From: an uncultured delta proteobacterium
Lineage (GTDB): Bacteria > Desulfobacterota > Binatia > DP-6
Reading direction: 5' to 3'
Length of the DNA: 64,000 nt
Assembly (NCBI GenBank): GCA_963815115.1
Contig: CAWFFN010000009.1
Location: 288,001 to 352,000, forward strand
Part shown: piece by piece, positions 44,852 through 54,272 of the stretch
Numbering within the stretch: position 1 is the stretch's first letter
Layout of the letters: every line of letters starts with the position of its first letter
Program-made: the position numbers and the translations under genes
The notes under the pieces: generated by a model
Database searches by the model: none
What the model saw: only the letters and a program-made list of their open reading frames with translations
What the model was told of the DNA's origin: nothing

Positions 44852-45335
44852 GTGAATCGCTCTCTCCTCCTCGCAGCGACCGTGCTGCTCCTCGCAGGTG
44901 TGGGCGCCGCGGAGCCGGATGTGCCAGCCCTCGAGGGAGTCGTCACGCCCGACACGCGCCTATTCGTGGTCGCTCCCCATCCGGACGACGAGGCGCTCGG
45001 GACCGGGGGGTTGATCCAGCGCGTCCTCCGCCACCGCGGCGCCGTCCGGGTCATCGTCATCACGAGCGGGGACGGTTTTCCGCCCGGCGTCGTCCTAGAG
45101 ATGCACAACGCCCATCCACGACCAGACGACTATCGCGCCTATGCGCGCCTCCGGGACCGGGAGACCATTCGCAGTCTGGGCGTCCTTGGCGTCACCCGAA
45201 ACGACATTGACTTCCTCGGCTTCCCGGACCGGGGCCTCTGCCCGATGCTGGAGCAGTACCGGTTCGACCGCCCTCCCTACTACCGCTCGCCATTCACGGC
45301 CGCCGACCGGCCCCCGGTCGCCGAGGCGACGCTGC
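44852..45335 (+). pseudogene. Truncated PIG-L family deacetylase
   Basis: VAPHPDDEALG, TSGDG, FLGFPD; C-terminal half replaced by IS-derived DNA. Confidence 0.75.
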
Positions 45336-45479
45336 CGGGGTTGTCGAAGCTGGGCGCGCCCTGTCCGCACTGTGGGAGCGCACCCGGAAGCTGGTGATGT
45401 TCGACCGGAACTGCCGCGAGGTGACCGGGGATCACTCCCACCGGCATTGTCTCGGCTCCGCCGCGACGTGGGCTGAGCG

Positions 45480-45678
45480 CTGCGCCCCCAGTCTCCGACG
45501 CCAGCGCCAACGCGTCGGCGCGCTTGTCCTCGGGCGCGTGGAAGCTCGACGCGCGGTGCGGCGATGGATCGACTGGTACAACGATCAGCGACCGCATCAG
45601 GCACTCGGCTATCTCAGTCCACGCCAATATCGGGCGCTACAACTTCACCGTGTGGCTTGACGGCGGTGGAGCTCTACA
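45480..45678 (+). mobile_element. IS3-family transposase 3' remnant with right end
   Basis: EARRAVRRWIDWYNDQRPHQALGYLSP-stop, ending ...GGAGCTCTACA. Confidence 0.75.
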
Positions 45679-45693
45679 AGCTCATGTCCCAGC

Positions 45694-46347
45694 ATGGCTG
45701 ATTCTGCTCGTGACATCCTGGAGTTCTTCCGCAAGAGAGCCGGGCGCTACGACTTCACCACCGGTCTCGCCTACGCCATCGGCTTCCGTGACTGGGCCTA
45801 CCGACAGAGGGCGGTCGATGCTCTCGCACTCATCCAGGGCGACGCGGTGGTGGATCTCGGATGCGGCACCGGGCGGAACTTCGAGATGCTCGAACGTGCG
45901 GTGGGGCCGGGCGGTAGGGTCACAGGGGTGGACTTCTCCGACGCGATGCTGAGCCGTGCCCGCCGAAGGGTCGGTCGACACGGGTGGTCGAACGTGGAGT
46001 TGGTGCAGAGCGATGCTGCTTCTTACGACTTTCGGCCGCCGGTCGATGGGATCCTGTCCACGTACGCGCTGGTACTGGTCCCCGAATACGATCGGGTGAT
46101 CGAGAGGGGCTTCACGGCGCTACGCGAGGGAAGACGCTGGGTGGTCCTGGACCAGAAGCTGCCATCGGGGCGCGCATCGCTGCTCGTTCCATTGGTCGAC
46201 CGCATGTCGCGCCCCTTCGACTACTCGGGCATCGTGGGCGAACGCCGCCTGTGGGAATCGATCCGGAAACACGCGGGGAACGTCCGTGTCGAGGAGATCT
46301 ACTTCGGATTCGTGTACCTCGCAGTCGGGGAACGGCCCCCAGCATGA
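45694..46347 (+). CDS. Class I SAM methyltransferase
   Basis: VVDLGCGTG, GVDFSDAML. Confidence 0.85.
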   Translation: MADSARDILEFFRKRAGRYDFTTGLAYAIGFRDWAYRQRAVDALALIQGDAVVDLGCGTGRNFEMLERAVGPGGRVTGVDFSDAMLSRARRRVGRHGWSNVELVQSDAASYDFRPPVDGILSTYALVLVPEYDRVIERGFTALREGRRWVVLDQKLPSGRASLLVPLVDRMSRPFDYSGIVGERRLWESIRKHAGNVRVEEIYFGFVYLAVGERPPA

Positions 46348-46387
46348 CCGGGCATCAATAGCTGCACGCCCGAGGACAGGGAGGACC

Positions 46388-47143
46388 GTGCCGCGAACGA
46401 CGGCTGAGGTCGAGTTTCCGCAGGCGGCTACCGTATCCTTCTTTGTTCGCCGCCAAGGCGTCCACCTGCTCTACCTGGCGGCACTGCTGCCGGTCACGCG
46501 CGGATTGGCGGCACCCGCGCTCGGGGATGGCGCGTGGCTCGGCCTGACCGACACCTCGTGGTTCGCCCTGTGCCTCGGGATCGCCGTCGTCCATCAGGTC
46601 TACATCTGGATCGCGTGGCGCTCCCAACTCGGCTGGAAGGTGTTCACCCGTGTGTTCGGCGGGGGTGACTTCGCCGTGTACAACGCGATCTTCTTCCCCT
46701 TGCTGATCCTTCGCCCGCTGCTCGTTGCCGCGACCTCGGTGGCCGACGCCGGGAGCTTGCGGCTGCCGACAGGGCTCACCCTCAGTCTCGGGGCATTCCT
46801 CTCGGTGCCTGCCTTGTATACGGGCTGGTCGGTGGGCCGGTATTTCGGATTCGCGCGAGCGGCGGGCGGCGATCACTTTCGGCGGCGCTTTCGGGAGATG
46901 CCGCTCGTCCATCAGGGGGCGTTCGCCTGGACGCCGAATGCTATGTACACGCTCGCGTTCCTCGGGCTGTGGTCCATCGCGCTCGTTGCCAGGTCGCATG
47001 CCGCCCTGGTCGCGGCGCTCTTTCAGCACGGCTACATATGGGTCCACTACCTCTGCACCGAAGAACCAGACATGGAGATGCTGTACGGGTCGAGCAGCTC
47101 CTCGCCATACGAGGGTGGTGCCCCAGCACACCATGACCCATGA
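46388..47143 (+). CDS. PEMT/ICMT-like membrane methyltransferase
   Basis: Multiple TM segments, GGDHF, PLVHQGAFAWTPNAMY, TEEPDM. Confidence 0.7.
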   Translation: MPRTTAEVEFPQAATVSFFVRRQGVHLLYLAALLPVTRGLAAPALGDGAWLGLTDTSWFALCLGIAVVHQVYIWIAWRSQLGWKVFTRVFGGGDFAVYNAIFFPLLILRPLLVAATSVADAGSLRLPTGLTLSLGAFLSVPALYTGWSVGRYFGFARAAGGDHFRRRFREMPLVHQGAFAWTPNAMYTLAFLGLWSIALVARSHAALVAALFQHGYIWVHYLCTEEPDMEMLYGSSSSSPYEGGAPAHHDP

Positions 47144-47841
47144 CGATGAGTGATCCGCACGGATCGCGCCGCCCATACAGCCGCACGCTCACGACCGTCG
47201 AGGCGAAGGCATTCTACGACCGCTTCGGCGCCAAGCAGGACGCGCAGGCGTTCTACGAAGATCGCGCCGTCGACCCGCTGATCACCCACGCCGACTTCCA
47301 GCACGCGCACGCGGTCTTCGAGTTCGGGTGTGGCACGGGACGGCTCGCGGCACGGCTGCTCGGGACCACTCTGCCCGAGGACTGTCGCTACTTCGGGGTG
47401 GACATCTCCGAGACGATGGTCGCCCTGGCACGCGAGCGGTTACGACCGTGGGCGAACCGAGCAGAGGTGGTTCGCTCCGAAGGCGCGATCTCTCGGCAGT
47501 GCGGGGCCGGTGCCTATGACCGCTTCGTCTCGACCTACGTTCTCGACCTGATGAGCGAGGAGGCCATCCAGGCCGTGCTTGCCGACGCCTATCGGCTCCT
47601 TGGCCGGGAGGGACTGCTCTGTCTCGTGAGCCTCACCCACGGCCACGGCGTCATAACGAAGCTCATCTCATCCGCCTGGACCATGCTCCATCGTCTCAAC
47701 CCCACGGTGGTGGGTGGCTGCCGCCCGATTGAACTACGCGACTACCTCGCCGGAGACCGCTGGCGGCTTCGGCATCACGAAGTCGTCTCCGCGTGGGGCA
47801 TTTCGTCCGAAGTGCTCGTCGCCTCACGGCTCGCTTCGTGA
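47140..47841 (+). CDS. Class I SAM methyltransferase
   Basis: FEFGCGTG, GVDISETM, YVLDL. Confidence 0.85.
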   Translation: MTMSDPHGSRRPYSRTLTTVEAKAFYDRFGAKQDAQAFYEDRAVDPLITHADFQHAHAVFEFGCGTGRLAARLLGTTLPEDCRYFGVDISETMVALARERLRPWANRAEVVRSEGAISRQCGAGAYDRFVSTYVLDLMSEEAIQAVLADAYRLLGREGLLCLVSLTHGHGVITKLISSAWTMLHRLNPTVVGGCRPIELRDYLAGDRWRLRHHEVVSAWGISSEVLVASRLAS

Positions 47842-48486
47842 CGGCTCAACAGACGGGCGCTTCGTCGCGACGTAGAGATGCACACTTCCCCAGCCGCCAA
47901 TCTCCTGATCGACGTGCTCCAGGGGGAACTCGCGGAAGAGGCTGCGCATATCGCGAATGAGATCACCCGCGTACTTCCACACCTCGGTCAGCCACGTCCC
48001 GAGCCGGTTCCCATCGGCTGGGTAGTTGATGTCGATGAGCACGAGGCGCCCGGCGGGCTTGAGGACGCGGAGTAGTTCGCCCAGCGCCTTCCGGCCATCG
48101 GGGTATCCCGAGAACGCCATCGTGTTGAGCACGCAATCGAACGAGTCGCTCCGGTAGGGCAATGCTTCCACCGTTCCGCGACAGAGCGCCGCCCCCACAC
48201 CCGCCCGCTGGAGGTTCGCGCGAGCGATGGCGATCATCCTCGCGTTGAGGTCGAGCCCGTGGACCTCGAAGCGGCGGGAGCACTCGGTCATGAGATAGCC
48301 GGTGCCGAAGGAGACTTCGAGGACTCGCGGCCCCTTCAGGTGCTGGAGCGCGGGACGGAGCCACGCCTTCCAGACGGGAAGCGCCTTGACGGCGGCGTCG
48401 TAGACACGTGCGAGCCGCGTGTAGGCTTGATCAAACGACTTGGTGAACGCGCTCTGGTCATGTGGTTCCTGAGAGTACCTCGCCAT
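47824..48486 (-). CDS. Class I SAM methyltransferase
   Basis: VLEVSFGTG, GLDLNARM, LRVLKPAGRL. Confidence 0.82.
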   Translation of the reverse strand: MARYSQEPHDQSAFTKSFDQAYTRLARVYDAAVKALPVWKAWLRPALQHLKGPRVLEVSFGTGYLMTECSRRFEVHGLDLNARMIAIARANLQRAGVGAALCRGTVEALPYRSDSFDCVLNTMAFSGYPDGRKALGELLRVLKPAGRLVLIDINYPADGNRLGTWLTEVWKYAGDLIRDMRSLFREFPLEHVDQEIGGWGSVHLYVATKRPSVEPSRSEP

Positions 48487-48569
48487 CCTGTCGCCCCGAT
48501 GACACCGCGCTCGTGAGCGAACCGTCTGGCACAAGCTACTCCTGAACGGATTCCGACCAAACGGGGCGC

Positions 48570-48601
48570 TTGACCCTGGACCTAGGTACAGGGTGTAGAA
48601 G
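48570..48601 (+). promoter_or_regulatory. MerR-type promoter/operator
   Basis: TTGACC, long (19-20 nt) spacer containing the dyad ACCCTGGACC-TA-GGTACAGGGT, then TAGAAG. Confidence 0.8.
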
Positions 48602-49024
48602 ATGGCCACTCCGATGGAGGCACTCACCCGAGGCGAGGTGGCGCAGCAGGGCCGCGTGAACTCCGAAACGATCCGCTACTACGAGCGGCGCGGTCTGCTC
48701 CTGAAACCACCTCGCACGCCCTCCGGGTATCGCGCCTTTTCCTCGGACGCCGTGCGTCGGGTCCGCTTCATCAAGCGGGCGCAGGGGCTTGGCTTCTCGC
48801 TCAAGGAGATCAAGGCGCTGCTCACCTTGCGCATCGATCCACGCCGCTCCTGCGGCGACGTGCGGACGCGGGCCGAGGCGAAGATCGAGGAGATCGAGGC
48901 CAAGGTTCGCGTGCTACGGGGAATGAAGAATGCGCTCGTGCGGCTGACAGCCGCCTGCGCGGGGCGCGGGCGCGTTAGCCAGTGCCCGATCTTGGAGAGC
49001 CTCGATACCGAGGGAAAGTCATGA
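48602..49024 (+). CDS. MerR-family heavy-metal regulator
   Basis: ETIRYYERRGLL, SGYR, FIKRAQGLGFSLKEI, Cys at SCGDV and C-x7-CPIL. Confidence 0.93.
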   Translation: MATPMEALTRGEVAQQGRVNSETIRYYERRGLLLKPPRTPSGYRAFSSDAVRRVRFIKRAQGLGFSLKEIKALLTLRIDPRRSCGDVRTRAEAKIEEIEAKVRVLRGMKNALVRLTAACAGRGRVSQCPILESLDTEGKS

Positions 49025-49389
49025 CCTTCACGGTCGAACTCGTCTACGACAAGGACTGCCCGCACGTCGCCGCGACGCGGGCGAACCTGCTCCGGGCTTT
49101 TGAGGAGGCGGGGCTGCCTGCCAACTGGACGGAGTGGGAGCACTCGTCCTCAGCCACGCCGGCACGCCTCCGAGGGTTCGGCTCACCAACGGTGCTGGTC
49201 GAGGGACACGACGTGGCCGGAGCCCAGCCGGTCGAGGGGCTCGCGTGCTGCCGGCTGTACGAGACAGAAGATGGCCGAAGCGGTGTACCGCCGGTCGGGC
49301 TGCTCGCAGGCGCGCTCTCGCACGCGAAGGAGCGGACCATCTCGAACCTCGGTGTTGCCTCGGATGGCGGCGGGCCAGCTTCGCCCTGA
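49021..49389 (+). CDS. Thioredoxin-like protein of mer-type clusters
   Basis: VELVYDKDCPH, FGSPTVLVEG, ACCRLY. Confidence 0.7.
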   Translation: MTFTVELVYDKDCPHVAATRANLLRAFEEAGLPANWTEWEHSSSATPARLRGFGSPTVLVEGHDVAGAQPVEGLACCRLYETEDGRSGVPPVGLLAGALSHAKERTISNLGVASDGGGPASP

Positions 49390-49404
49390 CGGTGGACGGT
49401 GCTC

Positions 49405-49619
49405 ATGCCCCACGGCTGCACGGAGAAGGACTTCACGCGACGCAGCATCTCCTGGCTCCTGTGGGGAGTCCCGGCGGCAGTCGTGATTCTTGGGAGCCTG
49501 GTGGCGCCCGTGCCGCGAATGTTGTTGTGGACCCCTGCGTTCCTCATCGGTGGGGTCGGCTGCGTCATGAACGCTGCACGCTGCGGGCGCGTTCACTGCT
49601 ACATCACAGGGCCGCTCTA
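49405..49619 (+). pseudogene. Cys-containing membrane protein interrupted by IS3
   Basis: Two TM segments then CVMNAARCGRVHCYITGPLY, cut by the IS terminal repeat. Confidence 0.65.
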
Positions 49620-50219
49620 TGAACCGGCCCGGCTTCGCCGGAGGCTCGATTAGTTGAGTGCGGCCTCCGTGGCGGGAGTTGCGTGACGTTCGTAGTAGGC
49701 GCGCTCGTACTCGATCGGCGGCACGTGGCCAAGGGGCGCGAGGAGCCGCCGGGTGTTGAACCAGTCGACCCACGAGAGCGTCGCGAATTCGACGGCCTCG
49801 ACGTGGCGCCACGGACCTTGGCGTCGGATCACCTCCGTCTTATAGAGGCCGATCACAGATTCGGCGAGGGCGTTGTCATAGGAGTCACCGACCGTGCCGA
49901 CGGACGGCGCGATGCCCGCCGTCGCCAGGCGTTCGGTGTACCGCAGCGCGAGATATTGCTTGGGTTCAACCGGTCGTCAGCCCCGGGCGCCGGCCGCGAT
50001 CACGCTCCGCTTGGCGCACCCACTTCCGCAGCGCCTCGGCCGAGCACCCGATCTTCCCGGCGATCGACTGGATCGTCGCCCACTGCGAGTCGTGCGCTTC
50101 CTCGTTCGCCAGCACCAGCCCCACCGCACGCTCTCGCACCTCCGCTGAGAACCTGCTCGCTCGTCCCATGGCTCCATCCTCTCAAGGTTGGGAGCCTCCG
50201 GGAAACTCGGGCCGGTTCA
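49620..50219 (-). mobile_element. Internally deleted IS3-family element with both inverted repeats
   Basis: TGAACCGGCCCGGCTTCGCCGGAGGCT / AGCCTCCGGGAAACTCGGGCCGGTTCA; orfA start (FSAEVRERAV...) fused to orfB end (SYDNALAESVIGLYKTE...WVDWFNTRR). Confidence 0.9.
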
Positions 50220-50349
50220 CTCTGCACAGGTGGCCGTGCAGAGGCTGATGATTGGCTGAGTCATGAATCTGAGCGTGCCGGGAGGAGGATCGGTCTCGCC
50301 GTCGCGGCCCGCGAGCGGCGCGGCACCGTGGCAGATCGGGCGGCGGCAC

Positions 50350-50570
50350 TCACAGGACGCACCTCACCTGCGGCGGGAGCAGCTGGCGGCGCACCAGGTA
50401 GAGGTTCGCCAGCGCGAAGAGGCTGAAGGCCCGCGCGAGGTTCTTGGCGAGGCCGCGATACCGGACCTTGGCAAATCCCCACAGGCGCTTCACCACGTGG
50501 AACGGATGCTCGCCGCGGGCCCGGGTCCGCGACCGGGCCCGATTAATCGCCCGCCACCGCGGGGTGAGCG
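50350..50570 (-). mobile_element. IS5-family transposase 3' remnant
   Basis: EHPFHVVKRLWGFAKVRYRGLAKN...LFALANLY. Confidence 0.8.
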
Positions 50571-50591
50571 GCCGGTGCGGACCGGCGGCCT

Positions 50592-50624
50592 AGAGGTCGG
50601 AGGTTCGGCTCCCCTCCGCTCCAC
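50592..50624 (+). other. Degenerate tRNA 3'-half (possible att scar)
   Basis: AGAGGTCGGAGGTTCGGCTCCCCTCCGCTCCAC resembles the variable loop/T arm/acceptor of tRNA-Ala; no 5' half. Confidence 0.4.
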
Positions 50625-50839
50625 TCCAGATTCCGCACGCTGAGCGTGCTCCCAGCTCAGCCGCGACCGTGGAGGTTGCGGCGGGGGCGTGACCGATGCG
50701 TGTGCTCGACCGACGAATGCTTGGCACACGCTCCGTGCGTACCCTCCCTCGGCGCAGCAACGAGGAGCCGACGAGCCTCCTCGGAGGGCTCGGCGAGATC
50801 GCCGCCTCGCGACGCATGGACGTCCGCCGATGCCCGCTC

Positions 50840-51280
50840 TCAAGACAGCCGAGTCGTCGGCAGTCCGGCGCGTCGGGCGGCCTGGCTCTGACGGCGATCT
50901 GCCGTGACGAAGCGCTGGCTGCCAGAGAGCACGGCAGCCGCCACGTGAAGAAGGTCCAGGGACCGGCACCCCAGACGCGCCGTGTGCTGGTTCGCCAGTT
51001 CGATGGCCTTGGCCATCGTGAGCGGCCAATCGATCGCTGCGCGGTGGAGCGTGCCCTCGTGGAGGTCCTCCTGGAGCCGCGCAACGGTGGCGTCGACCAG
51101 CTTGCGCACTCCCTCACGCCGGAAGAGGCGGAGGCGAAGCGCATTGACGACCTCCAGCTCGTGGAGCTGGGAGAAGAGGACGGGCTCCCCCCATCGTCGA
51201 ACCAGACGGGCGACGCGTTCGGATCGTGGCTCGGGTACGTAGAGCGAGACGAGGACGCTCGTGTCCAGCCAGAGGCTCAC
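50840..51280 (-). CDS. vapC: VapC PIN-domain toxin
   Basis: LDTSVLV, ELE, RSLDLLHVAAA, FVTADRRQ. Confidence 0.88.
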   Translation of the reverse strand: MSLWLDTSVLVSLYVPEPRSERVARLVRRWGEPVLFSQLHELEVVNALRLRLFRREGVRKLVDATVARLQEDLHEGTLHRAAIDWPLTMAKAIELANQHTARLGCRSLDLLHVAAAVLSGSQRFVTADRRQSQAARRAGLPTTRLS

Positions 51281-51522
51281 AGCCGCTCGGCCCGATTCTC
51301 GATCACGATCTCGCTCGTCGCCTGTCCTTCGGGGCCCCTCCCCCAGATGGCACGGGCGCGCGCGACGAAATCGGGCAGCCCGCCCTCCGGGCGGCGCGTT
51401 GCCGGAACGAGCCGCGCCACGGTCCGGTTGCGGCGGGTGATCTCGACGACCTCGCCGCGGGCGACCGCGCGCAGGATTCTTGGCAGGTTGTGCTGGGCCT
51501 CACGAACCGTTGCTGTTCGCAT
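51277..51522 (-). CDS. Phd/YefM antitoxin
   Basis: MRTATVREAQHNL...GEVVEITRRNRTVARLVP. Confidence 0.85.
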   Translation of the reverse strand: MRTATVREAQHNLPRILRAVARGEVVEITRRNRTVARLVPATRRPEGGLPDFVARARAIWGRGPEGQATSEIVIENRAERL

Positions 51523-51541
51523 GTGCGTCAGTATGACGCAC
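51523..51541 (-). promoter_or_regulatory. Candidate TA operator palindrome
   Basis: GTGCGTCA-GTA-TGACGCAC perfect inverted repeat abutting the antitoxin ATG. Confidence 0.65.
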
Positions 51542-51644
51542 GTCATCGGTTCCTCGCAACCGGCGTCCCGTCATGCGACTGCGGGTCGCCCATGCGGTGC
51601 TCGACTTGAGCGGCTCGGACACGGGCGGGACCGTACTGCCGGCG

Positions 51645-52012
51645 GGAATCCAACGCGTGCTCGTCCTGCACCATGGTGTGCTGGCATCGCACAGTCGCTG
51701 GCGCGCCCGGGGGGTCGCCTACGGGCGGCACCCTCGCCCCATCGGTGCGACGCTGCGGTTCGTGTGGGGGTCGCCCGCTTCGCCCGTTCCGTCGAGCGCG
51801 CCGCCGTCCAGCGGCGGGCTGGAGGCGGGCGGCGAGTCCCACCTCGATCCCGTCGGGACGCTCGGCGGACACCAGAGCGAACCGCTGTCGTCTCCGCCGG
51901 TGACGAGTCGGGACCCGGCCACCACCGCCAGCGTGGAGGCGCCCCCACCTCCGGCGGCGCGCAAGTGGTCCTGGCAGGAGCTGATGCGGCACACGTTCGG
52001 GGTGGACGCACT
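51645..52012 (+). mobile_element. IS91-family (Y2) transposase C-terminal remnant
   Basis: LVLHHGVLASHSRWRAR...WSWQELMRHTFGVDAL; continues as GIDVLACAHCG at 53931-53962. Confidence 0.75.
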
Positions 52013-53930
52013 GTAGACGCAACCCGGCAAACGCCTCTGCGCTTCGTCCTGCAACGCCGCGTCTTCCAGGTCGCGCGGCGACCGAATCGCCGGCGCGGGG
52101 CGCCGCGCTTGGCATCCCCTGCTGAAGCTGGTGACGCCCCCTCCGTGGGGAGGGGTGGTGGTGATGCGGCGGGAACGGACGTGGAGGATTGAATGGCGGG
52201 GGCGACCACAAGCGGATGGGTTCGAGCGGCTGGGCCAAGCCATGCGGCTGCTCATCGATCGGGCACAGGGCCAGCCGCCGGAACAGATCGGAAGCGGGGG
52301 AATGGAGCAGGCTGCGCCTGATCGGGCGGAGGGGGAGCGAAGATGACGCAACGGGGAGCACTCTACGCCCGGGTATCCACGGCGCGGCAGGAACAGGAGC
52401 AGACCGTGGCCTCCCAGGTGGCCGCGCTCGAGCAGGCGGCGGATGCCCTGGGCGTCACGGTGGCGGCCGAGCACCGCTACATCGATGATGGCGTCAGCGG
52501 CTCGCGGCTCGACCGGCCTGGGCTCGATGCGTTGCGCGACGCCGCCGCGGATGGGCTGCTCGATGTCGTGCTCATCTACTGCCCGGATCGCCTGGCACGC
52601 AGCTACGTGCACCAGCACGTGCTGATCGAGGAATTGACCAAGCACGGGGTGCACGTCCACTTCGTCGAGCGCCCGGTCGGTGACCGCGCCGAGGACCGCC
52701 TCCTCGTTCAGATGCAGGGGGTGATCGCGGAGTATGAGCGGGCCAAGATCGTCGAGCGCACCCGGCGGGGCAAGTTGCACAAGCTCCGCGCCGGGCACCT
52801 GCTCCCGTATAGCAGCGCGGCACCCTATGGGTACGCGATCGTGCGGGTCGGGGACGGACGGCGGCGGCTGGTGGTCGATGAGGTCGAGGCGGCGCAGGTG
52901 CGCGCGATGTACCGCTGGGTGCTCGACGACGGGCTCAGCGCCCGCGCCGTCGCCAAGCGGCTCAATGCCGAGAGGGTCCCGCCGCGGCGGGCGGCGCTGT
53001 GGACGCAAGGGACGATCTTCCGCATCCTGACGAACCCGGCGTACATCGGCCGCGCGACCTACAACCGCCGCGTCGCGATTGAACCCGCGCGGCCTCGCCA
53101 TCCGGGGAGGTATCGCAAGCAGCTCAAGAGCTCGTTGCGCTGGCGCCCGCAGGCGGAGTGGCTGTGGGTGCCGATTCCAGCCATCATTGACGAGGAGGTG
53201 CAGGGGGCGGTGCGGCAGGCGTTGGCCAAGCACAAGGTCTGGTCACCGCGAAACGTGCAGCACGAGTACCTCCTGCGCGGGCTGGTGGTCTGCGGTGCGT
53301 GCGGGTTGCGGATGGACTGTGCGCACCAGGCGCGGCCGGCCCAGCCGTACGAGTACTTCTACTACGCCTGCCGCCATCACGATCCGGTCGAGAGCGGGCG
53401 GGTGCAGCGGTGCACCGGGCGGCGGGTGCGCCGCGACGACCTGGATGCCGTCGTCTGGGACGCGTTGGGCTCCTGGATCCAGAGTCCGCGGCTCCTGGTC
53501 GAGGAGATCGCCGCCTGGCGCACGAGTCGGGACGGCGCCGGTGAGGTGGTGCGGGATCTTGCCCGCCTCGAGCGGGTCCAGCGCCAGACCGGGCTGCAGA
53601 TCGAGCGCTTGATCGACGCGTATCAGCGCGGCGCACTCAGCGTCGAGGAGCTCCAGGCGCGCCGCGAGCGGCTCGACGCCACGAGTGCGGCGGCGCGGGC
53701 CCGCGCAGAGGAACTGGCGGCGCAGGAGATGGATCGCGCGCGGCGCGATCGACTGGGCGAGGATCTCGCCGCCTTCGCCGCCACCCTGCGCTCGGGCCTC
53801 GCCCACCTCGACTTCGCCGGTCGCCAGCGGCTCGTAAGGCTTCTCGTGGAACGCGTCGTCATCACCGGCGACCACGTGGCGATCGAACATGTCATCCCAC
53901 TATCCGGTCGTTTTGCCGGTTTGCGACTAC
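52013..53930 (+). mobile_element. Large serine recombinase mini-element
   Basis: Terminal inverted repeats GTAGACGCAACCCGGCAAA / TTTGCCGGTTTGCGACTAC (17/19) enclosing a small ORF and an LSR. Confidence 0.8.
52164..52346 (+). CDS. 60-aa accessory protein coupled to the LSR
   Basis: MRRERTWRIEWRGRPQADGFERLGQAMRLLI...; ATGA overlap with the recombinase. Confidence 0.6.
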   Translation: MRRERTWRIEWRGRPQADGFERLGQAMRLLIDRAQGQPPEQIGSGGMEQAAPDRAEGERR

Positions 53931-53932
53931 GG
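52343..53932 (+). CDS. Large serine recombinase (no stop codon inside the element)
   Basis: YARVST (catalytic Ser), DDGVSGS, DRLAR, PYGY, LTNPAYIG, CGACG...YYAC...C zinc ribbon, coiled coil. Confidence 0.92.
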
Positions 53933-53962
53933 GATCGACGTGTTGGCGTGTGCCCACTGTGG

Positions 53963-54055
53963 GCTGATAGGCACGACGAAGGGCCTTTTGCCGCGGAGGC
54001 TTACAGAACGCCCCATCCCGGACCTTCGCCGCATTTTCGCCCGCTCCGTAACAAG
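53963..54055 (-). repeat. Junction element copy 3
   Basis: Matches 34801-34887 and 30260-30309; begins where the IS91 remnant breaks. Confidence 0.9.
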
Positions 54056-54090
54056 TTCCCACCGACCCCGGGGGTCGACCCGCGATGGAG

Positions 54091-54272
54091 GAAACTGGTA
54101 CGGCGCCGCTGCCGGCACCGAGGTCGAGCAATGTCTGGTGCGCGAAGCCCGCTAACAAGTTGGACCCGACGTCCCGTGCGCACCCGTGATTGTCGCCACG
54201 GACCGCGCGGTCCGCGAGCACGCTTGGTAGACTGCTGCCCCCAGGGACGTCACGCCGGCAGAACGGGAGGAC
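54091..54272 (+). ncRNA. Candidate IS110 bridge RNA region
   Basis: Non-coding left end containing CTTGGTAG (54223-54230), identical to the element right end plus core (55527-55534). Confidence 0.5.
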
